The position numbers and the translations under genes were made by a program. The notes under the pieces are model-generated. The model was not told where the DNA came from. It did not search any database and worked only from the letters and a program-made list of their open reading frames with translations. Shown in pieces: positions 47,493 through 55,158 of a stretch of 61,860 bases of DNA. The DNA lies in contig PMJQ01000184.1 of the NCBI GenBank assembly GCA_003157485.1, positions 41,347-103,206 of the forward strand, written 5' to 3'. This DNA is from Ignavibacteriota bacterium (GTDB taxonomy: Bacteria; Bacteroidota; Ignavibacteria; UBA10030; UBA6906). Position 1 is the stretch's first letter; each line of letters opens with the position of its first letter.

Positions 47493-48629
47493 ATGGAACT
47501 CTGGCAGACCATGCTGCGGCAGAGTGTGGACAGCGGAAAAGACCTCGTGGAGAGGTTCGGGTTCGATAAAGACCTCTCGGAACGATTAAACAAGCTCTTC
47601 CACATACGAATCAACCCATACTATCTGAGCCTGATACGGTATCCCGGCGACCCGATCTGGCTCCAGTGCATTCCCGACGGGAAGGAGCTTGACGAAGACG
47701 ACTTCCCCGAGGATCCTCTCGCGGAAGACTCCCACAGCCCCGTTCCCAGCATCGTCCACCGTTATCCCGACCGGGTGCTCTTCCTCACCACGAGCCAGTG
47801 CTCGATGTACTGCCGGTTCTGCACGAGAAAGCGGAAGGTGGGCGACTCCACCAAGATCAACATGAAGTACATCCAGGGGGGGATCGACTACATCGCGGCG
47901 CACCCCGAGGTGCGCGACGTCATCCTCTCCGGCGGCGATCCGCTGATGCTCACCGACTACATGCTCGAGAGGATCATCGCCGGGCTCCGGGACCTCCCGC
48001 ACGTGGAGATCATCCGGCTGGGGACAAAAATGCCGTGCGTGCTCCCCCAGAGGATCACGCCGAAACTCTGCAAGATGCTCCGCAAGTATCACCCCATCTA
48101 CGTCAACACGCACTTTAATCATCCCTGGGAATGCACCGCCGAGGCGAAGCGGGCATGCGAGATGCTTGCGGACGCGGGAATCCCCGTGGGGAACCAGGCG
48201 GTGCTGATGAAGGGGGTGAACGACTCGGCGGAGGTGATGCTTGAGCTGATGCGCAAGCTCCTGACGATGCGCGTCAGGCCGTACTACCTGTATCAGGCGG
48301 ACATCACGAAGGGGGCGAACCATTTCCGCACGCCGGTGAGCGTCGGGCTCGAAATCATGGACAAGCTCCGCGGCCACACCTCGGGCCTTGCCATCCCCGC
48401 GTTTGTCATCGATGCCCCCGGGGGGGGCGGCAAGATTCCCCTCCTCCCGCAATACGTGCTCGGGAGGAACGGGAACCAGATCATCCTCCGGAACTACAAA
48501 TACGACATCTTCACGTATCCCGACGTCGACGACGGGGTGAAGTCACCCGCGCCGGGGGTGGAGAAACGGTTCTCGCGGAAAAAAGGACGTCCGGCGAAAG
48601 TGTACCAGCCCGACAAGGTGCAGGTCTAG
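47493..48629 (+). CDS. KamA family radical SAM/PLP aminomutase (lysine 2,3-aminomutase-like)
   Basis: HRYPDR, CSMYCRFCTR, LSGGDP, THFNHP, NQAVL.KGVND, PYYLYQAD, LRGHTSG and IDAPGGGGK (PLP Lys). Confidence 0.93.
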   Translation: MELWQTMLRQSVDSGKDLVERFGFDKDLSERLNKLFHIRINPYYLSLIRYPGDPIWLQCIPDGKELDEDDFPEDPLAEDSHSPVPSIVHRYPDRVLFLTTSQCSMYCRFCTRKRKVGDSTKINMKYIQGGIDYIAAHPEVRDVILSGGDPLMLTDYMLERIIAGLRDLPHVEIIRLGTKMPCVLPQRITPKLCKMLRKYHPIYVNTHFNHPWECTAEAKRACEMLADAGIPVGNQAVLMKGVNDSAEVMLELMRKLLTMRVRPYYLYQADITKGANHFRTPVSVGLEIMDKLRGHTSGLAIPAFVIDAPGGGGKIPLLPQYVLGRNGNQIILRNYKYDIFTYPDVDDGVKSPAPGVEKRFSRKKGRPAKVYQPDKVQV

Positions 48630-48674
48630 CCGGGCAGTGCTGCCGGAGGAGCGGCGTCCGCTTCACGAGACACA

Positions 48675-48705
48675 AAGAGCCCGCCGGGTTGTCCGGCGGG
48701 CTCTT
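48675..48705. terminator. Hairpin between convergent kamA-like gene and response regulator
   Basis: AAGAGCCCGCCGG-gttgt-CCGGCGGGCTCTT, 13-bp stem with A/T ends usable in both directions. Confidence 0.8.
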
Positions 48706-48768
48706 CCATGCCAATTGCAGCGCGGCATCGTGCGCTCGGGCGGCGCCCGGCGTAGGATGTTCTTCCCT

Positions 48769-49128
48769 CTACTTGACTTTCCCCGCGAACAGCTGGAGCA
48801 GCTTGTCGATGGGAAAAGGCTTCTGCAGGAGCAGATCGCAGTCCTGCTTGCACTCGGCCTTGACCTTCGTGATGTCGTCCACTCCGGTGAGAAAAATAAA
48901 CGGCGTGTTTCTGTGTTCCAGACGTTCCCGGAGTTTCCTGTGGAATTCGATCCCGTCCATCTCCGGCATCTTTACATCGGAAACCACGACGTCGATCTGC
49001 TGGCGGTCGAGAAGTGCAAGCGCTTCCTTTCCGTTCTGTGCGATGGTGATCGAGTGTCCGAGGCTTTTCATCACTTCCTGCAACATCTCAAGGTATTCCG
49101 GCTCATCTTCCACTGCGAGAATTCTCAT
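48769..49128 (-). CDS. Stand-alone CheY-like response regulator receiver
   Basis: ILAVEDE, VVSDVKMPEMDG (phospho-Asp), FLTG and KPF; GGAGGT SD. Confidence 0.92.
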   Translation of the reverse strand: MRILAVEDEPEYLEMLQEVMKSLGHSITIAQNGKEALALLDRQQIDVVVSDVKMPEMDGIEFHRKLRERLEHRNTPFIFLTGVDDITKVKAECKQDCDLLLQKPFPIDKLLQLFAGKVK

Positions 49129-49171
49129 GCCGACCTCCGTGATGAGGTGCGCTTCAACGTGTGCGTGACTC

Positions 49172-49200
49172 AAGATACGCTACCTTGCCCGTCTTGTCAA
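49172..49200 (-). promoter_or_regulatory. Putative promoter of the response regulator
   Basis: Minus strand reads TTGACA-N17-TATCTT. Confidence 0.75.
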
Positions 49201-49222
49201 GCCGAGGGGCCGCCGCACTTCG

Positions 49223-49286
49223 GCGGGCCCGAGGTGGCGCCGCTCTTAGGCGCCACTGTGCGCCGCTCTTTGGTGCCGCAGGCGCC
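49223..49286. repeat. GGCGCC-family repeat (copy 4) between divergent -35 boxes
   Basis: Three perfect and two one-mismatch GGCGCC; 23-bp-period tandem; inverse of 33950-83. Confidence 0.85.
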
Positions 49287-49290
49287 GCCG

Positions 49291-49319
49291 TTGCCTCTCG
49301 GACCCCTTTTATGTAGATT
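49291..49319 (+). promoter_or_regulatory. Putative dnaG promoter (leaderless transcript)
   Basis: TTGCCT-N17-TAGATT; the dnaG ATG is 7 nt downstream and has no SD. Confidence 0.65.
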
Positions 49320-49325
49320 CCGGTA

Positions 49326-51194
49326 ATGCGAATCGCCGATGACACGATAGAAGAGGTGCGCAGGGCGTCCGATATCGTGGACGTCATCTCGCAGTACCTC
49401 CAGATCAGGAAAAGGGGGAAAAACTACCTCGGCCTCTGTCCGTTCCACCAGGAGAAGACCCCTTCGTTCAACGTCAGCCCGGAAAAGCAGATGTACCACT
49501 GCTTCGGATGCGGCGTGGGGGGGAACGTTTTCACGTTCGTGATGGAACACGAGAAGGTCTCGTTTGTCGAAGCGGTGCGTACGCTCGCCCGCAGAGCAGG
49601 GATTACGCTCCCCGAGGAAGGCCCGGGAGGACGCGGGGAATCCACGGAGCATGAAGGGCTCTACGACGCGTGCAAAACCGCGGGACTCTATTATCACGAC
49701 ACGCTCCTCCATTCGGTGGAGGGAAAACTGGCGCTCGAGTATTTCCGGCACCGGGGGTTCAGCGACGCGACAATAACAAAATTCGGTCTGGGATACTCGA
49801 AGAACGTCTGGGACGGGCTTGTAAGCATGGCAGCCGGGCGCAAGCTTGACATCCTCCCGTTCGAAAAGGCGGGGCTTCTCCTCAGGCGTGAGGACGGATC
49901 GTGCTACGACCGGTTCCGCGGCCGCGCCATGTTTCCGATCTTCTCCCCCTCGGGGCGCACCATCGGGTTCGGCGCCCGGAAGATGCGGGAAGACGATCCA
50001 CTGGGCAAGTATATCAATTCCCCCGAAACGCCGATCTACCTGAAGAGCCGGAGCCTGTACGGGCTTGCCCAATCCAAGGAGGCAATCAGGGCTCAGGAGT
50101 TCGCCGTCCTTGTCGAGGGGTACGCCGACCTCATCACGCTCTATCAGGCGGGCGTGGAGAACGTCGTGGCGTCGAGCGGAACGGCGCTCACGGAGGAGCA
50201 GATACAGCTTATCGGCCGGTACGCGAAGTCTGTCACGCTCGTCTACGACGCGGATTCCGCGGGATCGAAAGCGACGATACGCGGGGTCGACCTCATCATC
50301 GAGAACGGTCTCGACGTCAGCGTGGCGGCGCTTCCGGAAGGAGAGGATCCTGACTCGTTCGTAAAGAAGAACGGGGGGGAGGAGTTCCGGAGGCGCCTTG
50401 CCGGTGCGGTCTCTTTTCTGGACTTCAAGGCCTCGACATTCCGTGATCAGGGGCTCCTCGCCACACCGGAGGGGAAAACGCGGGCGGTCCGTTCGATCGT
50501 TGAGACCATCGCGAAGATGAAGGACGAGATCAAGCGGAATTTCTACATCAAACACGTCGCCGAAACATACGGGGTGTACGAGACCCTGCTCTTCCGCGAG
50601 CTCGAAGCCATCGTCGGCCGCGACCGGTCCCGTGCGGCGTACCAGCACGGGGGTCCCGTCCCGCCGCCCCCCGCCTCCGGCGGCCTCTCTCTCTCCGCCG
50701 TGCGCGCTGGATTGCCTCCTCCGGAGCGTGATCTCCTCAAGGTGATGCTGGAGGAGGGACCCTCGATGGTCGCATTCGTCGCGACGCACATTCCCCCCGC
50801 AGCATTCACGGATCCCCTTGCCCGGCGGACTGCGGAACTCCTGGGGAAGCACGCCGCCGCCGGGGGGCGCTGGGACGTCCCGGCGTTTCTCGATACGCTG
50901 GACGACCCCTCGCTCCGGACATTCATCGCCGATATCATGTTCAACAAATACGAACTCAGCAGAGGCTGGACGGCTCTGGATGATCCTGATCCGTGGTTGA
51001 TCGCGGAAAGCTGCATACGCCGAGTCAAGGCGGTCGTTCTCGATGGGCTCATTGCGGAGAACCACAGGCAGATGAAGAGCGCCGAACAGGAGGGGGCGGA
51101 TCTTGGTCCTTACCGCGAGGCGCACATCCGGCTCCAGAGCGAGAAGAAAGAGCTCGGGAGACTGCGGCTCATCGACAGCCCCGCCCGGAAATGA
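49326..51194 (+). CDS. dnaG: DNA primase
   Basis: CPFHQEKTPSF..CFGC Zn finger, FRGRAMFPI, KYINSPETP, VEGYAD and YDADSAG (TOPRIM). Confidence 0.98.
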   Translation: MRIADDTIEEVRRASDIVDVISQYLQIRKRGKNYLGLCPFHQEKTPSFNVSPEKQMYHCFGCGVGGNVFTFVMEHEKVSFVEAVRTLARRAGITLPEEGPGGRGESTEHEGLYDACKTAGLYYHDTLLHSVEGKLALEYFRHRGFSDATITKFGLGYSKNVWDGLVSMAAGRKLDILPFEKAGLLLRREDGSCYDRFRGRAMFPIFSPSGRTIGFGARKMREDDPLGKYINSPETPIYLKSRSLYGLAQSKEAIRAQEFAVLVEGYADLITLYQAGVENVVASSGTALTEEQIQLIGRYAKSVTLVYDADSAGSKATIRGVDLIIENGLDVSVAALPEGEDPDSFVKKNGGEEFRRRLAGAVSFLDFKASTFRDQGLLATPEGKTRAVRSIVETIAKMKDEIKRNFYIKHVAETYGVYETLLFRELEAIVGRDRSRAAYQHGGPVPPPPASGGLSLSAVRAGLPPPERDLLKVMLEEGPSMVAFVATHIPPAAFTDPLARRTAELLGKHAAAGGRWDVPAFLDTLDDPSLRTFIADIMFNKYELSRGWTALDDPDPWLIAESCIRRVKAVVLDGLIAENHRQMKSAEQEGADLGPYREAHIRLQSEKKELGRLRLIDSPARK

Positions 51195-51208
51195 GCCCGG
51201 AAATGAGC
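51185..51208 (+). repeat. 12-bp tandem duplication CCGGAAATGAGC x2 across the dnaG stop
   Basis: Copies at 51185-96 and 51197-208. Confidence 0.85.
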
Positions 51209-51219
51209 GGACGCGTTCT

Positions 51220-51248
51220 TTGCAATTGAGGCTGCTCCGGGGTATATT
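51220..51248 (+). promoter_or_regulatory. Putative promoter of the GT9 operon (leaderless)
   Basis: TTGCAA-N17-TATATT; ATG at 51256. Confidence 0.65.
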
Positions 51249-51255
51249 GACGTAC

Positions 51256-52353
51256 ATGTCCATGGTTCCCCCGAGAGACCATCCGTTGAACGAGCCTTCC
51301 CGGATTCTCGTCGTCCGCACCGACAGGATGGGCGACGTCGTCCTCACCCTCCCCGTCTTCTCCTCCCTTCGCCGCCGTTTTCCCCGCGCCCGTCTGGTCA
51401 TGCTCGCAGGGCGCTACGGCGGGGCAATCGTCGAAGGGTTCCCTCTCGTTGACGAGATACTCTGGTACGACGACCCTCCCCGGCTCGTTCCCTTCCGCTT
51501 GATGCTGGCCCGCCTGAGGCGGGAGCGGTTCGACGCGGCGGTGATTGTCCACCCCACGCTCCGCCTGGCGATACTCGCGTTTCTCTCCCGCATTCCGCTG
51601 CGCGTGGGAACCGGCTACCGGTACTACTCGTTTCTGTTCAACCGCAGGGTGTACACGCACCGGAAGACCGCCGAGAGACATGAAGTGGAATACAACATGG
51701 AGCTTCTGGCGCCGCTCGATTGCGCCGGCGCCGCGGCGAAACCCCTTGACGTACCGATTGACATCCCCCCCGCAGCGCATCAGAGCGTGCGCGCGCTCCT
51801 TGCGAACGCGGGCTTGAAAGGAGGGTACGCGGTCATGCACCCGGGAAGCGGCGGATCAGCGCTCGAGTGGCCCCCCGGGAACTTCGGCATTCTCGCCCGC
51901 AGGATCGCGGACGGGATGAACCTCTCCATTGTGGTCACGGGGACGGTCCGGGAATCCGCGCTGGCCGACGGTATCGCGCGCGCGGTCCCGGGGCGGAGCG
52001 TTAGCCTCGCGGGGAAACTGAGCGTCAAGGAGCTCGCCGCGCTCCTCAAGGGGGCCGCGCTCCTTGTCGCGAACTCCACGGGTCCGCTCCATGTGGCCGT
52101 CGCAGTCGGGACCCCCGTCATAGGGTTGTATCCCCAGATTCCCGTGATGGGGCCGCGGCGGTGGGGCCCCTACACCGACTGCGCGCGCGTCCTTGTCCCC
52201 GCGAAGCCGCAGGACTGCGTTGAATGCGCGGGGAAAACGGGCGCCGCCTGTGCCTGCATGACGAGCATAACAGTGGACACGGCGTATGCGGCGGCCGCCG
52301 ATCTCCTTTCCACGGGTCCCCTCACTGAACGACAGCACGTGCATGAATCGTAA
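51256..52353 (+). CDS. Glycosyltransferase family 9 (LPS heptosyltransferase-like)
   Basis: ILVVRTDRMGDVVL, HPGSG...WP, ANSTGPLHVAVA.GTP..GLY and CM..I.VD. Confidence 0.9.
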   Translation: MSMVPPRDHPLNEPSRILVVRTDRMGDVVLTLPVFSSLRRRFPRARLVMLAGRYGGAIVEGFPLVDEILWYDDPPRLVPFRLMLARLRRERFDAAVIVHPTLRLAILAFLSRIPLRVGTGYRYYSFLFNRRVYTHRKTAERHEVEYNMELLAPLDCAGAAAKPLDVPIDIPPAAHQSVRALLANAGLKGGYAVMHPGSGGSALEWPPGNFGILARRIADGMNLSIVVTGTVRESALADGIARAVPGRSVSLAGKLSVKELAALLKGAALLVANSTGPLHVAVAVGTPVIGLYPQIPVMGPRRWGPYTDCARVLVPAKPQDCVECAGKTGAACACMTSITVDTAYAAAADLLSTGPLTERQHVHES

Positions 52354-53203
52354 CGGAATTGTCATCCTGCCGTTTCTCCTTGGCATCGCCGCGGCGTCGC
52401 TTGCAGGCCCTTTGCAGGACGCAGCCGCGGATTCGTCCCGGCGACGGGCCGACTCCCTTGGGACCGCGGCAAAAGGTGGACCGGACGCGCCCCTGCGCAC
52501 GATACGCAACGTTGCATTCGGGACCGGCGAGCACCTCCTCTTCGATATCAGCTACGGGTTCATCACCGCCGGGAGCGCAGTGCTTGAGATCTCCGCGATG
52601 GACACGATCGGGGGACGGGACTGCTACCGCGTGGAGTTCCGCGTGAATTCACTCCCGAGTTTTTCGTGGATTTACAGGGTGGAGGACCACTACCTGACGT
52701 ATATCGACGCCGGGACAATCGCGCCGTGGAAATTCGAACAGCACATCCGTGAAGGAAGTTACCGCCGGGATTTCGTGGCGGAATTCGACCAGAGGAAGCA
52801 CATCGCAAAGACGGACAAGGGGACGTACCCCATTCCCCCGTACGTTCATGACATCCTCTCCGCGTTCTACTTCGCGCGGACAATCGACTACGGACCGCTG
52901 AAGGCGGGCGACCAGGTGCAGCTCAGCAATTTCTACAAGGATACGACGTACGATCTTGTCGTCCGGGTCCTGGGGCGGCAGCAGCTCGAGGTCGCCGCCG
53001 GGACGTTCAACACCATCGTGATCGAGCCGCTGGTGAAGGAGGGGGGGCTCATCAAGACTGAGGGGCGCATCGTCGTATGGCTGACGGACGATGAGCGGAA
53101 AATCCCAATTCGCGTCAACACGAAGGTCGTGATCGGATCGATCGACACGGAGCTGAAGGAGTACAGCGGCGTCAGGGGGACGGTTGCCGCACGCGTGAAG
53201 TGA
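52343..53203 (+). CDS. Secreted DUF3108-like protein
   Basis: Signal peptide; GE.L.F.ISYG.I.AG, D.LSAFY..R and VWLTDDERKIP.R, as recalled for DUF3108. Confidence 0.7.
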   Translation: MNRNGIVILPFLLGIAAASLAGPLQDAAADSSRRRADSLGTAAKGGPDAPLRTIRNVAFGTGEHLLFDISYGFITAGSAVLEISAMDTIGGRDCYRVEFRVNSLPSFSWIYRVEDHYLTYIDAGTIAPWKFEQHIREGSYRRDFVAEFDQRKHIAKTDKGTYPIPPYVHDILSAFYFARTIDYGPLKAGDQVQLSNFYKDTTYDLVVRVLGRQQLEVAAGTFNTIVIEPLVKEGGLIKTEGRIVVWLTDDERKIPIRVNTKVVIGSIDTELKEYSGVRGTVAARVK

Positions 53204-54216
53204 TACCCATTGGCGACAGCGCACACATCGGGAAGGGCATCGGCATGACCGCGCACAGGCGGGCGGACCTGAAGAAGATCACGACAATCTCCATTTTGAA
53301 ACGGAAGAGCAAGGTGTCGCCGGGGGATTTCGCGACGCCGTTCGACGAGGCGGGGGATTCCTTCCGCGCGTTTGCTTCCGGGCTCCCGGGCATACTTGCC
53401 GTGAACGACCTCCGGGCGGTCACGGAGGCGATTGTCCGGTCGCGGCGGAAGAAGAAGCCGGTCATCCTGATGATGGGGGCGCATGTCGTGAAAGTGGGGC
53501 TTGCGCCGGTCATTATCGATCTCCTCCGGCGCGGGGTCATCACCGCCGTGGCGATGAACAGCGCGGCGGCGATTCACGACGTGGAGACCGCCATGTGGGG
53601 TCACACCTCGGAAGACGTCGCGCTGAATATGAAAAACGGCCGATTCGGCATGGCGCGGGAGACCGGTGAGTTCATCAACGGGACTCTTGCTGCGGCCGCC
53701 GGGGCCGGCGACGACGGATACGGAGAGGCACTGGGGAAGGAGCTCATTGCGAGGAGCGCGCCGAACCTCGCCGTCAGCATTCTCGCGGCCTGTTGCACCC
53801 TGGGAGTTCCGGCGACGGTGCATGCCGCGATCGGCACCGACATAGTCCACCAGCAGCCGACGATGAACGGCGCGGCGACCGGTGAGATGTCGTTCCGCGA
53901 TTTCCTTTCTCTCTGCGAGACGTGCAAAGGGCTCACCGGCGGGGGCGTCGTGCTCAACGTGGGATCCGCGGTGATCATGCCGGAGGTCTTTCTCAAGGCC
54001 CTCACGGTGGCAAGGAACCTGGGTGCCCGCGCGCAGGGGTTCACGACGGCGGTCTTCGACATGAATGCGCACTACCGTCCCACGATGAATGTCCAGGTCC
54101 GCCCGACCCGGGACGGAGGGGAGGGGTACTACATCATCGGCCATCACGAGATCATGATTCCCCTCCTCGCGGCGATGATAAAGCTGCGCTTGCGCTCTCC
54201 GGGAGGTGCCGGATGA
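53200..54216 (+). CDS. Conserved hypothetical protein, deoxyhypusine-synthase-like fold suspected
   Basis: MMGAHVVK.G, AMNSAAAIHD.E, H.AIGTDI.H, GSAVIMPEVFLKA and GHHEIM; coupled to both neighbours. Alternative ATG at 53245. Confidence 0.65.
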   Translation: MIPIGDSAHIGKGIGMTAHRRADLKKITTISILKRKSKVSPGDFATPFDEAGDSFRAFASGLPGILAVNDLRAVTEAIVRSRRKKKPVILMMGAHVVKVGLAPVIIDLLRRGVITAVAMNSAAAIHDVETAMWGHTSEDVALNMKNGRFGMARETGEFINGTLAAAAGAGDDGYGEALGKELIARSAPNLAVSILAACCTLGVPATVHAAIGTDIVHQQPTMNGAATGEMSFRDFLSLCETCKGLTGGGVVLNVGSAVIMPEVFLKALTVARNLGARAQGFTTAVFDMNAHYRPTMNVQVRPTRDGGEGYYIIGHHEIMIPLLAAMIKLRLRSPGGAG

Positions 54217-55148
54217 ACGAAACGCCTGAGCCGTCGTCGGGCGATCCTGCCCCGGGACCGTCCGGGCTTCCGCGAGTTCCCTTCCTCCGGCGGCTGAGCC
54301 CGGTCATGTTCTCCCTCTTCACCCTTGCCGTGATATTCGTTCTCTACCAGCTCGTGGGGGGGGTGATCACGGTCGTCGTGGCGCGCGGCCAGATAACCCT
54401 CGGCAACGTGACACTTGTCCGGTGGGCGACGCTCCTCGGACAGCTCCTGTTTATCCTCGTGCCGACTGTCTGGCTTGCCTCGCGCCGGCATGGGGACCTC
54501 CCCGTGTTCTTCCGCTTCAGGGTTCCTGAAATCAGGCATCTTGTGGCGACGATGGTGGCGGTATTTGCTCTGCAGCAGATGCTTCAGGCGTACATGGTGG
54601 TGCAGGACATGATCCCGCTCCCGCAGGAGCTCGAGCGGCTTCTTGACACGTTGCGGAAGGTCCTTGAAGAGACCGAGCGGATCCTCGTCCAGGCGAACAG
54701 CCCCGGAGAATTCCTTTTCGTCCTCGTTGTCGTTGCGCTCGTCCCCGCGGTCTCGGAGGAGCTGCTCTTCCGCGGGCTCGTCCAGCGGAATCTCGAGGCG
54801 GCGGCGGGGTGGAGGGGGGCGGTGATCACGGGAGTCATATTCGGCGTGTATCACTTCAATCCTTTTACGCTCGTTCCTCTCGTCGCTCTCGGCGTCTACT
54901 TCGGTTTCATCGTCTACCGGTCGGGGAACATCACGCTCTCGATGTCGACCCACTTCTTCAACAACTTCATCGCCTGCTCGGCCGCCTATCTCCGCCTTGA
55001 TGACAATTTCGTCGCGCTCTCCCCCGGTGCGGCGCCGACATTGACGCTTGCAGCGTCAAATTTCGCCCTTTTCTCTCTGGTTTTTGTTGCTGCCACTTTG
55101 TATTTTATCCACAGTACGCGCCACGACGAGACAGGCGAACCATCCTGA
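54213..55148 (+). CDS. CPBP (CAAX/Abi) family intramembrane metalloprotease
   Basis: EELLFRG, FGVYH and H.FNN motifs; multi-TM. Confidence 0.9.
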   Translation: MNETPEPSSGDPAPGPSGLPRVPFLRRLSPVMFSLFTLAVIFVLYQLVGGVITVVVARGQITLGNVTLVRWATLLGQLLFILVPTVWLASRRHGDLPVFFRFRVPEIRHLVATMVAVFALQQMLQAYMVVQDMIPLPQELERLLDTLRKVLEETERILVQANSPGEFLFVLVVVALVPAVSEELLFRGLVQRNLEAAAGWRGAVITGVIFGVYHFNPFTLVPLVALGVYFGFIVYRSGNITLSMSTHFFNNFIACSAAYLRLDDNFVALSPGAAPTLTLAASNFALFSLVFVAATLYFIHSTRHDETGEPS

Positions 55149-55158
55149 CGTACGACAC

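Noticed and set aside
47493-48629. Calling the radical SAM gene epmB or glutamate 2,3-aminomutase
   Set aside because: It has the KamA-type IDAPGGGGK and both Asp residues that bind the lysine side chain; no efp or epmA is nearby.
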